A DNA stretch of 64,000 nucleotides from an uncultured Chloroflexia bacterium (GTDB lineage Bacteria; Chloroflexota; Limnocylindria; QHBO01): NCBI GenBank assembly GCA_963814375.1, contig CAWFCQ010000008.1:288001-352000 (forward strand), read 5' to 3'. The translations under genes were made by a program, and so were the position numbers. Below are positions 10,585 to 19,661 of the stretch, piece after piece (the stretch's first letter is position 1; every line of letters begins with the position of its first letter). Under the pieces are notes generated by a model. It did no database searches. It saw only the letters and a program-made list of their open reading frames with translations, and was not told where the DNA came from.

Positions 10585-11124
10585 ATGAACGCCATGGCAG
10601 AACCGATCGAGATCGACATCTGGCAGGGGGACATCGCTGAGCTGGAGGTGGATGCGCTGGTCGTCCCGGCAAGCGAGTCGCTGTTCATGACCGCCGGTCC
10701 CGCTGCTGCCGTGAAGCTCCACGGGGGCGACGCGATCGAGCGCGCGGCCGTCGAGCAGGGCCCGATTGCGCCGGGTAACGCCGTCGTCACCCCCGGCGGG
10801 GACCTGCCGGCGCCGTACGTCATCCATGCCGTCGCCGTCGGCCACGATCGAGTTGCCGATCGCGAGGCGCTCGCCGCGGCAGCCCGAGCTGCGATGGCAT
10901 TCGCCCAGCCGCTCCAGCTGCGCCGCATCGCGGTCGCACTCCTCGGGGTCGAGCACGGTGTGTTCTCCCCCGAAGATGCGGCGGCGGTCCTGGTTCCGAC
11001 GCTTCGGTCGGCGGCCGCCACCACGCCGATCGAGTCCATCGTGCTGGCCACCACGCACCCGCCCGAGGCTCACGCCCTTGCGGAAGCGCTGCGGGCGAGC
11101 GATGCCGGGGCGTCCGTGTCGTGA
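10585..11124 (+). CDS. Macrodomain protein (degenerate active-site motifs)
   Basis: IDIWQGDIAELEVDALV, GNAVVTPGGDLPAPYVIHAV; NAAN and GGGV motifs replaced by VPAS and MTAGP. Confidence 0.82.
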   Translation: MNAMAEPIEIDIWQGDIAELEVDALVVPASESLFMTAGPAAAVKLHGGDAIERAAVEQGPIAPGNAVVTPGGDLPAPYVIHAVAVGHDRVADREALAAAARAAMAFAQPLQLRRIAVALLGVEHGVFSPEDAAAVLVPTLRSAAATTPIESIVLATTHPPEAHALAEALRASDAGASVS

Positions 11125-11387
11125 CGGAGGGGCCAGCGCGGCGCGTGGCGGACGAGCTCGGCCGCCGCGGCCTCGCCGTTCCCGCTCGCCTCGTCGCCGA
11201 CGCGCACCGCCCTCTCGCGCCGCTCATCGCAGACATCGGAGCCGCGGTTGGCCCGTTGGTCGAGGCTGCGTTCGGCCGCCGCTCGGCTGACCTTCGTGCC
11301 CTGGCCGATGACCCGCACGGCATCGACCGCCTGATCGCCGAGCTCGACAGCGGAGCCACGAGGGAGTCGCGTGCCGAGCCCCGCTGA
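11121..11387 (+). CDS. Small helical hypothetical protein of the unknown operon
   Basis: GTGA overlap with the macrodomain gene; 88 aa (RRGLAVPARLVADAHRPL). Confidence 0.7.
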   Translation: MTEGPARRVADELGRRGLAVPARLVADAHRPLAPLIADIGAAVGPLVEAAFGRRSADLRALADDPHGIDRLIAELDSGATRESRAEPR

Positions 11388-12222
11388 GCTCGTTGCCGGG
11401 CTCGTCAACTTCGTCGGGGACGTTCTCGGCTCCTCCGAGCTGCGGCTCGGGATCGGCCCGACGCTGGTCGTTCTCGGCATCCTGCTCGTCTTCCTCCAGC
11501 TCGTTGCCCGCCCAGTCAGCCGATGGACCACGAGCGACGCGGGCGGCCTCGCGGGCGTCGGGCGTGCCATGGCTCTCGCCGCCGAGTCCGGCACGGACGC
11601 GGTGGTATCGATCGGCGCGGCGGGGATCGCGCGCTCGACCGACGCGCTCGCGCGCCTCCAGACGCTGGCTGCACTCCCGCTGCTTGCGCACGTCGCCCGC
11701 GCCGCCGCCCGGAGCGGCGTGCCGCTGCGGGTGCTCACCAACGACCCGCTGGCCGGCATGGCCGCCAGCGCCACCCTCGACTCGGCGCACGAGACGACGG
11801 CGACGCCCGAGCGAATCAGCCGCTCGCGCATCGTGACCGTGGGTGAGGGACGTCCCGTCGCCGCCGGACTGGTCCTCACGGCCAGCGCGCGACCGGCCGC
11901 AGCCTTTGCCGTTGGCAGCCTGCGTGAGGAGGCGACCATCCACCTCGAAGGGCTCCGTGCCGGCGCCGGCTCGCTCACGTCGGCCACGGCGGAGGGTTCG
12001 CAGGCGGCAGCGCCACTCCTGGCCGGTGGAGGTGCCCTCGTCGGTCCGGAGCTGTTCCAGGCAGCGGCCGACCTGCGCTCGGACGGGATCGAGCGCACCA
12101 CCGTGCTCGCGGCCGATCGCCTCATCTGGGTCGCGGTCGTCGTCATCATCGTCGCCAGCGCGCTCTCAATCGCCGGTGTCATCGCCCCGCAGGACCTGCT
12201 TCTGGGGATCGGAGGGCGGTGA
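11371..12222 (+). CDS. Membrane protein, DUF6754-like (N- and C-terminal TM around an alpha/beta domain)
   Basis: TM, then GRAMALAAESGTDAVVSIGAAGI, LVGPELFQAAA, C-terminal TM; family assignment from recalled resemblance only. Confidence 0.65.
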   Translation: MPSPAELVAGLVNFVGDVLGSSELRLGIGPTLVVLGILLVFLQLVARPVSRWTTSDAGGLAGVGRAMALAAESGTDAVVSIGAAGIARSTDALARLQTLAALPLLAHVARAAARSGVPLRVLTNDPLAGMAASATLDSAHETTATPERISRSRIVTVGEGRPVAAGLVLTASARPAAAFAVGSLREEATIHLEGLRAGAGSLTSATAEGSQAAAPLLAGGGALVGPELFQAAADLRSDGIERTTVLAADRLIWVAVVVIIVASALSIAGVIAPQDLLLGIGGR

Positions 12223-12836
12223 GGCGGCCGACCATCCCGGCGCTGGTGGTCGTCGTCGGGATCCTCCTCCTCGCGGACCTCCTCGTCGTCAACCAGGCGC
12301 TCGGCGTGGCGGCCGGGATCGCCGTGGATGCCGCCATCCTGGTGGCCGCGGGGGTGGCGCTGGCGGCGGTCGCGTCGCTCGCTATCCGGCGCGCGGGCGA
12401 CCTGTGGCGTCGTCGAGGGGACCCGATCGGCGCCGCCCTCGTCCTGCTCGGGTTGGCCGCGATGCTCGTAGCCGGCCTGCGACCGGGTGCCGGCGGTGCC
12501 GCCGATCCGGCCGTCGGCTGGCTCGTCGCCGCGCTGCTCGTGCCCATCGGCGCGACCCTCTTCGGGCTGCTCTTCATCACCACCCTGGCCGCCGCCCGTC
12601 GCTCGCTCGATCTGGGCGGCACCCAGGCCATCGTCATCGTCGGCGCGGCGGTCGTCATGCTCGTCCTGCTGCTGCCACTCGGAGGCGACATCGGGGCCTG
12701 GCTGGCCGGCGCCGCGGCGATGGCGCTGGATGGCCCGATCGGCGCGGTCTTCAGGGGATTGCTCATCGGGGTCGCCGTCGTGGCGGTGGTCGTCGCTGCT
12801 CGCACGATGCTGGGTGTCGGTCCGGCCGATGAGTGA
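12219..12836 (+). CDS. Polytopic membrane protein (about 6 TM), hypothetical
   Basis: Hydrophobic throughout; C-terminal RGLLIGVAV..ARTMLG; GTGA overlap. Confidence 0.75.
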   Translation: MRRPTIPALVVVVGILLLADLLVVNQALGVAAGIAVDAAILVAAGVALAAVASLAIRRAGDLWRRRGDPIGAALVLLGLAAMLVAGLRPGAGGAADPAVGWLVAALLVPIGATLFGLLFITTLAAARRSLDLGGTQAIVIVGAAVVMLVLLLPLGGDIGAWLAGAAAMALDGPIGAVFRGLLIGVAVVAVVVAARTMLGVGPADE

Positions 12837-13644
12837 TCGTCGCAGCCTCGTCGCGAGGATCGCCCCCGCGGCGCTGATCGTTGCCATGGCCGCGGCGATC
12901 CTGCTCGACGGAGGCGAGATTCCGAGTGCCCCGCCGAGCACCCCGGCCGATCGCATGGCGGGAGTCATGGAGGGCCTGCCCGATGACGCGACCGTGCTCG
13001 TCGGGTTCGACCCGGACGTCGGAACGTACGCCGAGATCCGGCCGACCGTGCGCGCAGTCATCGACGCGCTGCTGGCACGGGAGATGGAGCTCATCTTCGT
13101 GAGCCTGACGCCTGAGGGCAGGGCGCTCGGCCTTGCCGAGATCGCGCGCATCGGGCGTGGCTCGGCCGCCGGCAGCATCGTCGACCTTGGCTTCGTTCCC
13201 GGGGCCGAGGCCGGCCTCATCTCGCTGACGCGGTCGCCGGGAGCGGCCACCGGCCTTCTCGGCCCGCTCCCTGATCAGATCGATCCCGCGCTGCTCGGAC
13301 TGGCGCTCGTCATCGGCGGCAACGACCTCGGCCCGCGCAGCTGGGTCGAGCAGCTCGCGCCGCGCGTCCCCGAGATCGACCTGGCGGCGATCGCGCCGGC
13401 GATCCTGCTCCCCGAGCTTCAGCCGCTGGCCGCCAGCGGTCAGCTCGACGCGCTGGTCGCCACGCCGGGCGACGGTGCCGACCTCCGCGCGCAGCTTCCC
13501 GCTGCGGCGGACGGCGCGGACGCCGGCCCGTCACGGCTGGCGCTGCTGCTCGGGATGCTCGCGGCCATCGGCGTGCTCGCGATATCGGTGCTCGCCCGGG
13601 TGGCCGACAGGATGCGCTCCATGCGGTCGGCCGGCTCGCCGTGA
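12829..13644 (+). CDS. Membrane-anchored alpha/beta-domain protein, hypothetical
   Basis: N-terminal TM, VLVGFDPDVGTYAEIRP, DLGFVPGAEAG, WVEQ, C-terminal TM; overlaps both neighbours. Confidence 0.75.
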   Translation: MSDRRSLVARIAPAALIVAMAAAILLDGGEIPSAPPSTPADRMAGVMEGLPDDATVLVGFDPDVGTYAEIRPTVRAVIDALLAREMELIFVSLTPEGRALGLAEIARIGRGSAAGSIVDLGFVPGAEAGLISLTRSPGAATGLLGPLPDQIDPALLGLALVIGGNDLGPRSWVEQLAPRVPEIDLAAIAPAILLPELQPLAASGQLDALVATPGDGADLRAQLPAAADGADAGPSRLALLLGMLAAIGVLAISVLARVADRMRSMRSAGSP

Positions 13645-14285
13645 GCGGTTTCCTCGGCCCCGAGGCAGCCGACCAGGTCGCGACCTGGGTCGCCGCCATT
13701 GCGACGATCGTGGTCCTGGGAAGCCTCGTCGGTGAGCGACGCGTCTTCGCGTGGTCGCAGCACCTGTTCGCGGGGCTCGCCACCGGCCTCCTCGCCCTGC
13801 TGGTCATCGACGAGGTGATCGTCCCCCGGCTGGTGGATCCGCTGGTGGCCGATGGCGGTGGCGCACCAGGGCTATGGCTCGGGCTCGCGCTCGTCGCCGC
13901 GGCGGCCGCGGCGCCGTGGCTGCCACGGGTCGTCGGGGCCGTGCCCGTGTCGATTGCCATCGGCTCGCTCGCGGCGTTCGTGCTCGGGGGCGCCGTGGTC
14001 GGGCTTCTCCTTCCGCAGCTGGCCGCGGCCGTGCCGAGCCCGGGTGGGAGCGCGAGCGCCACCCTCCTTGGCGCAGGCGGGGCCGCGGTCTCCGCGCTGG
14101 TCCTGGCCGGGTTCGTCCATGCCGGCCCGCGGGGAAGGCTGTGGTCCGGCGCCGCAGGCATCGGCCGCTGGCTTCTTCTCGGCGGGATCGGCGCCTGGCT
14201 CGGCTACCTCCTTCTTTCGCGCCTGGTGCTCCTGGTGGATCGGATCGCGTTTCTCCTCGTCGACTGGCTGGGGATCGGTCGATGA
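13641..14285 (+). CDS. Polytopic membrane protein (about 6 TM), hypothetical
   Basis: QHLFAGLATG, IGRWLLLGGIGAWLG..SRLVLLVDRIAFLLVDWLG; GTGA/ATGA overlaps. Confidence 0.75.
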   Translation: MSGFLGPEAADQVATWVAAIATIVVLGSLVGERRVFAWSQHLFAGLATGLLALLVIDEVIVPRLVDPLVADGGGAPGLWLGLALVAAAAAAPWLPRVVGAVPVSIAIGSLAAFVLGGAVVGLLLPQLAAAVPSPGGSASATLLGAGGAAVSALVLAGFVHAGPRGRLWSGAAGIGRWLLLGGIGAWLGYLLLSRLVLLVDRIAFLLVDWLGIGR

Positions 14286-15910
14286 CCGAGCCGCGCCCAA
14301 CGACCCAGCTTGCGCTGCTCCTCGACGTCGGCTCGGCGTGGGCGAAGGCCTCGATCATCGGGCGGGTCCACGGGCGATGGCGCATCGTGGCCCACGCAGC
14401 GCAGCCGACGGCGTGGGGTGCGACCGAGCTGCGGCGCAGCCTCACCGAGCAGATCGAGCGCTCCGGCGACGCCCGCTTCGAAGGGCGCGCGGAGGAGCTG
14501 ATGCGCACCGCGAACCGGATCGAGTGTCATACCGCGCGACAGGTGGGGCGCCTGGCGGTGGCGGCCGTGTCGCGCGAGCTCTCGGGCAGCAGCGCGAGGC
14601 GTGCGGCCGAGGCCGCGGGCTTCGAGGTGAGTGCCGTGGTCACGCTCGATGACGGACGCTCACTCGCCGAACGGCTCACGCTGCTCCAGGCGACCGAGGT
14701 GGACGCGTGGCTGGTGGCCGGCGGCTTCGACGACGCGTCGAGCCCGCGCGCCCTCGAGGTGGCTGGCCTCGTGGCGGCCGCGCGGAGGCCCGAGTCCGAG
14801 CCGGTCGTGTGGGCCGGATCCGCGGCGCTCAGCGCCCAGGTCAGGTCGCTCTTCGAGCCGGGTGCCGTGACCGCCGTCAGCAACGCACGCCCGGACGCGC
14901 GCCGCGAGGAGTCGGCCGCACTCCGGGACCACCTCCAGCAGCTGCTGCGCGGGATCGTATCGGGTGAGGACGAGGCGCATCTGACCTCCATCACGTTGCC
15001 CCGGGCGGTCGGCGCGCTTGCTGCGGAGGGTGGCCTCCGCGTCATGGCGGTCGATATCGGCGCTCGCGGGGCGATCCGCGTGCTCGCGGAGCCGGACGGC
15101 TCGGCGACGAGCCGCATCCATGCCACGGGCGGCCTGGCCGGTGCGGGCACGCCCGCCGGCGCCGCTGCCCGGGTCTCCCGGCTGGCCGCCGACGCGGGCG
15201 ACGAGGCTGCGGTGGCCGACCTGCTTCAGACGCTCCGAGCGCGGCCCGCAACCCTGCCGAGCGTCCCCGAGGAGCTTGCGGCGATGCAGGCGGCGGCGCG
15301 CCTGCAGATCGGTGCGCTGGTCGAGGACTCGGCGGTCGGGACGATCGACCTCCTCATCGGAGCCGGGCGCACGCTCGCCGCCGCGCCCCACCCGGCGCAG
15401 GCGGCGCGAATGCTGCTCGACGGCGCGCGGCCGATCGGGGTGACGCAGCTCGCCGTAGACTCCGCGGCGGTCCTCGCTCCGCTCGGCTCGCTCGCCGAGG
15501 ACGAGCTGCGCGAAGGCGTGACGCTCCTCGGCGAAGATCTGCTCACGCCGCTGGGCACGGCGATCGTCAGCCGGGGCGGGAGTCCCGGCCGCATGGCGAT
15601 GCGGGTGACCGTCCATCGACCCGGCTGGCCGACGGCCGCCCCGGTCGAGGTGCGCGTCGGTCAGCTCGTTGCCCTGCCGCTCCCACGCGGCGTCGAAGCC
15701 GAGCTCCTGGTCGAGCCCGCCTCCGGCGTCAGCCTGGGTGCCGGACGGCGATCGGCCCGCATCGAGGTCCGCGCCATGGGCGGGGCCGTCGGGATCATGC
15801 TCGACGCCCGTGGCGTCCCGATCGCGCTGCCGCGCCGCAGCGACGACCGCCGCGCCGTCCTCGCCGGGTGGCGCGACTCGCTGCAGCGCGAGTCGGAGCG
15901 CGTGGCATGA
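14282..15910 (+). CDS. Glutamate mutase L (GlmL/MutL)-like actin-fold (ASKHA) protein
   Basis: Phosphate-1-like LLLDVGSAWAKA, second MAVDIGARG, DLLIGAGRTLAAAP..AARMLLDG, C-terminal GGAVGIMLDARG. Confidence 0.72.
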   Translation: MTEPRPTTQLALLLDVGSAWAKASIIGRVHGRWRIVAHAAQPTAWGATELRRSLTEQIERSGDARFEGRAEELMRTANRIECHTARQVGRLAVAAVSRELSGSSARRAAEAAGFEVSAVVTLDDGRSLAERLTLLQATEVDAWLVAGGFDDASSPRALEVAGLVAAARRPESEPVVWAGSAALSAQVRSLFEPGAVTAVSNARPDARREESAALRDHLQQLLRGIVSGEDEAHLTSITLPRAVGALAAEGGLRVMAVDIGARGAIRVLAEPDGSATSRIHATGGLAGAGTPAGAAARVSRLAADAGDEAAVADLLQTLRARPATLPSVPEELAAMQAAARLQIGALVEDSAVGTIDLLIGAGRTLAAAPHPAQAARMLLDGARPIGVTQLAVDSAAVLAPLGSLAEDELREGVTLLGEDLLTPLGTAIVSRGGSPGRMAMRVTVHRPGWPTAAPVEVRVGQLVALPLPRGVEAELLVEPASGVSLGAGRRSARIEVRAMGGAVGIMLDARGVPIALPRRSDDRRAVLAGWRDSLQRESERVA

Positions 15911-16944
15911 GCGTCATCCATCGCGTCGCGCTGCCCACAGATGCGGTCGCGATCGTCGACGTCGGTCACCAGGTCGAGCCGGCCGAGGTCCTCGCCACTC
16001 GCCGCGCGCCCACCGGCGGCGTGACCCTCCCGATCGCCGCGCGCCTGCGGCGGTCGGCCGATGAAGCCGCGGACCTGCTTGCGGTGCGGCCCGGGACAGC
16101 GCTGGCCGAGGGCGATCGGATCGCCGCCGACGGACGCGGGAGGGAGGTGCTTGCTCCGGAGGCGTGCCTCTTCCTTGCGTACGACCGCGACGACGGGTCC
16201 GCGCTCCTCGCGCCCCTCGGTCCGGCCGAGCCGATCCTCGGCCACGTTCGCGGCGAAGTGGTCTCGGTCTCGACCGAGGCGATCGAGATCCGCGTCGCCG
16301 GTGCGCTGGTCGCTGGAATCGGCGGCAGCGGTGAGGCCGTCCACGGCCAGCTCAAGATGGCCGTCGCCGACCCGACCGAGGAGCTGCGGGCCGCGGCGAT
16401 CGACGTCGGCTCTGCGGGCGTGATCCTGGTCGGCGGTTCCAGGGCATCGGCCGAGACGCTGACACGCGCCCGGGCCATCGGCGTCGCGGGCATCGTGCTG
16501 GGGGGCATTCTCGACAAGGAGCTGCGCGACTTCGAGGCGACCCAGAGCCGTCGACGTGACTCCGGCGCGACGGCGAGTGGCGACGTCGCGATGGTGGTGC
16601 TCGAAGGGTATGGCAAGGTCGGGCTCGACCCCGAGCTCTTCGGTTGGTTCTCGCGGCACGCGGGTCGCACGGCGAGCCTGTTCGGGGATGCGGGACGCCT
16701 GTATGTCTACGACGCCGCGCCGCCACCGCGTCGCCGGTCCCTTCCGCGCTCCGGCGACCGGGTGATCGCGCATCGGCGACCCCACGCCGGCGTGTCCGGG
16801 GTGCTCGTGCGCATCCTCGACGGGCTGCACGCGACCCCCGCGGGCGTCGTCGCGCGGTCGGGCGTCGTCCGTTTCGATGATGGTCGGACGGCCATCATCC
16901 CAATTGCCAATCTCGCCGCGCTCGATCGCCAGATCGGCGACTGA
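15907..16944 (+). CDS. Hypothetical protein with barrel-sandwich hybrid repeats, central alpha/beta domain and C-terminal KOW/SH3-like element
   Basis: VDVGHQVEPAEVLA, VRPGTALAEGDRIA, RARAIGVAGIVLGGI, LEGYG, GDRVIAHR..IIPIANL; ATGA overlap. Confidence 0.75.
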   Translation: MSVIHRVALPTDAVAIVDVGHQVEPAEVLATRRAPTGGVTLPIAARLRRSADEAADLLAVRPGTALAEGDRIAADGRGREVLAPEACLFLAYDRDDGSALLAPLGPAEPILGHVRGEVVSVSTEAIEIRVAGALVAGIGGSGEAVHGQLKMAVADPTEELRAAAIDVGSAGVILVGGSRASAETLTRARAIGVAGIVLGGILDKELRDFEATQSRRRDSGATASGDVAMVVLEGYGKVGLDPELFGWFSRHAGRTASLFGDAGRLYVYDAAPPPRRRSLPRSGDRVIAHRRPHAGVSGVLVRILDGLHATPAGVVARSGVVRFDDGRTAIIPIANLAALDRQIGD

Positions 16945-16970
16945 CAAGCGTCTTCCTATACTTGCCCGCC

Positions 16971-17486
16971 ATGGACGGAGCGATCGTTCCTCTCGCCGCG
17001 CGCGGCGCGCTGTCGAGCGACGGGCCCGAAGCCACGCGCGCGATCGGGCGCGCGATCGGCGGTGTCGCGGCCGCCGGAACCGTCGTCGCATTGATCGGCG
17101 AGCTCGGCGCCGGCAAGACGCAGCTCGCCAAGGGCATCGCCGAAGGCCTTGGCGTCCGGGGCGTCGTCAACAGCCCGACCTTCATCCTCATGAACGAGCA
17201 CGTTGGCCGCCTGCGCCTCTACCACGTCGACGCCTACCGGCTGGCCGAGCCGGAGGAGGCGATCGCAGCGGGCCTCCTCGACGATCGCCAGTCCGACGGC
17301 GTGGTCGTGATCGAGTGGGCGGATCGGCTCGGTGCCTGGCTGCCACCCGAGCGGCTCGAGATCAGCCTCGAGATCGCGCCGCCCGGGCCGACCGATCGGC
17401 GGTTGCGGTGGGAGGCTCACGGCAAGGACCACGAGCGGATCGCCGTGGACGCCCTCAGCACCGCCGCGTCGGCAGACGCTCGATGA
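16971..17486 (+). CDS. tsaE: t6A biosynthesis ATPase TsaE
   Basis: GELGAGKT, VNSPTF, YHVDAYRL, VVIEWA; TATACT -10 lies 8 nt upstream. Confidence 0.95.
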   Translation: MDGAIVPLAARGALSSDGPEATRAIGRAIGGVAAAGTVVALIGELGAGKTQLAKGIAEGLGVRGVVNSPTFILMNEHVGRLRLYHVDAYRLAEPEEAIAAGLLDDRQSDGVVVIEWADRLGAWLPPERLEISLEIAPPGPTDRRLRWEAHGKDHERIAVDALSTAASADAR

Positions 17487-18118
17487 TCGTCGCCATCGAC
17501 GGCACCTCGACCGACCTGTCGCTGGCACTCGCCGAGCCCGATGGGCAGGTGATCGACGCCGTGGCCTGGAGCTCGTCGCAGCGCCAATCGGCGGAGCTGC
17601 TGCCTCGGCTGCTCCACCTGGCCGACGAGGCCGGAAGGGAGATCGGCGGCGTCACGGCCGTCGCGGTCGGCACCGGCCCCGGATCGTTCACCGGCCTGCG
17701 GGTGGCGATGTCCCTGGCCAAGGGTCTGGCACTCGGCTACGGGCGGCCGATCGTCGGCATCCCGAGCCTGCCCGCCTGGCTCGCCGCGGAGCCGCAGGCG
17801 CTCGCCGCCCTGGCGCGCGCCGGTGCTCGTGAGGCATATCTACTGCGCCGCGGGGACGAGACGCCGCTCATCGTCGACCGCGACGAGCTCCCCGACCAGG
17901 CTCCGACGGCTCGAGTCGTGGCACCCGCGGAGCTGGCCGATGCCTTCGGGCTCGAGAACGCCGCACGCCCGAACGGGGCCGCGGTGATGGCGCGCATGGC
18001 GGCGGAGCGCCTTTCGACCGATCCCGGCGGCGACGATCTGGCAGCGCTCGAGCCGCTGTACGTCCGCATGCCGCGCGGCGTGGCCGCCGCCTCGGTGGAG
18101 CGAATCCAGTGGCTCTGA
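17483..18118 (+). CDS. tsaB: t6A biosynthesis protein TsaB
   Basis: MIVAIDGTS, VGTGPGSFTGLRV, EPLYVR. Confidence 0.94.
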   Translation: MIVAIDGTSTDLSLALAEPDGQVIDAVAWSSSQRQSAELLPRLLHLADEAGREIGGVTAVAVGTGPGSFTGLRVAMSLAKGLALGYGRPIVGIPSLPAWLAAEPQALAALARAGAREAYLLRRGDETPLIVDRDELPDQAPTARVVAPAELADAFGLENAARPNGAAVMARMAAERLSTDPGGDDLAALEPLYVRMPRGVAAASVERIQWL

Positions 18119-18621
18119 CCGCCCCGGTGATCGTCGAGGAGATGCGGCTCGACGACGTTGCCGCCGTGCATGAGATCGAGCGGCTGAGCTTCGCGACGCC
18201 GTGGCCGGCCCACGCATTCGAGCAGGAGCTGCGCGGCAACCGCCTGGCCCGCTACGTGGTGGCCCGCGCGGGCGAGACGGTGGTGGGGTTCGCGGGCGTG
18301 TGGCTCATGGTCGACGAGGCGCACATCACCACGTTCGGCGTTCACCCCGACTGGAGGCGTCAGGGAGTTGGACGTCAGCTCCTCCTCAACGTGGCAGAGC
18401 TGTCGGTCACGCTCGGAGCGCGACGCATGACGCTCGAGGTTCGCGTCTCGAACGAGGCTGCCCAGGCGCTGTATCGGTCGCTGGGCTTCGAGGAAGCCGG
18501 CCGCCGCACGCGGTACTACACCGACGATGGGGAGGATGCCCTGGTCATGACCACGCCGGAGCTGTCCGACCCGGCGATGCGCGCACGGATCGAGGCGGAG
18601 CGGGACCGGCTCGAGCGATGA
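18109..18621 (+). CDS. rimI: Ribosomal-protein-alanine N-acetyltransferase
   Basis: EAHITTFGVHPDWRRQGVG, TLEVRVSNEAAQALY, YYTDDGEDA. Confidence 0.94.
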   Translation: MALTAPVIVEEMRLDDVAAVHEIERLSFATPWPAHAFEQELRGNRLARYVVARAGETVVGFAGVWLMVDEAHITTFGVHPDWRRQGVGRQLLLNVAELSVTLGARRMTLEVRVSNEAAQALYRSLGFEEAGRRTRYYTDDGEDALVMTTPELSDPAMRARIEAERDRLER

Positions 18622-19661
18622 GCGGCCCGCGGATCCTGGCCATCGAGTCGTCGTGCGATGAGACGGGCGTCGCGGTCGTCGTCGGCGGACGTCGGATCGA
18701 GGCGAACCAGGTTGCGTCGCAGGTCGCGCTGCACGCCGCGACGGGCGGGATCGTGCCCGAGGTGGCCGCCCGGCAGCAGCTCCGCTGGATCGTGCCGACG
18801 ATCGAGGCCGCGATCGACCAGGCCGGAGCCGATTGGAGCGACATCGACGCGGTGGCGGTGACGTACGGTCCGGGCCTCATCGGCTCGCTGCTGGTCGGCG
18901 TAAACGTCGCGAAGGCACTCGCGCTTGCCCACGAGCTGCCACTGGTGGCGGTCAACCACATCGAGGGGCACATCTACGCCAACTGGCTCACCGACGTCGC
19001 GGCCGATGACCCGCTTCCCGCCGAGCCCGACTTCCCGCTCCTGTGCCTGGTGGTGAGCGGCGGGCACACGCAGCTCGTCCTCATGCACGACCACGGTCGC
19101 TACACCCTCCTCGGCCAGACCGTCGACGACGCGGCCGGCGAGGCCTTCGACAAGGTCGGCCGCCTGCTCGAGCTCCCGTATCCGGGGGGCCCGGCGATCT
19201 CGGCCGCGGCGGTCGGCGCCAGCCCCTCGACGCGCTTTCCACGGGCACGAACCGACGGCGCCTACGACTTCAGCTTCTCGGGCCTCAAGACGGCCGTGCT
19301 GCGGGAGGTCACCGGCTACCGCGAGCGGGGGGAGCCGATCCCGGTCGATGGCATCGCCGCGGCGTTCGAGGAGGCGGTCGTCGATGCGCTGGCGACGAAG
19401 ACGGTGGCGGCGGCCGTCGATCACGACGTGGCCGCCGTCGCGCTCGGCGGCGGCGTGGCCGCCAACCACTCCCTCCGCGCCGTCCTGGCCGAGCGACTCG
19501 GGGCCCAGGGGCTGCACCTGATGGTGCCGCCACCGGCGTGGTGCACCGACAACGGCGCGATGATCGGCGCCGCGGCCGGCTTCCGGCTTGGGGCGGGCGA
19601 GCGGGCCGACGCGGCCCTGGAGGCGGTCCCGAACCTCTCGCTGCCCGTGGCTCGAGAGCGC
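18618..19661 (+). CDS. tsaD: t6A biosynthesis protein TsaD (no stop; reads in frame into rsmA)
   Basis: LAIESSCDETG, HIEGH, LVVSGGHT, DDAAGEAFDK, FSFSGLKTA, CTDNGAMIG. Confidence 0.95.
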
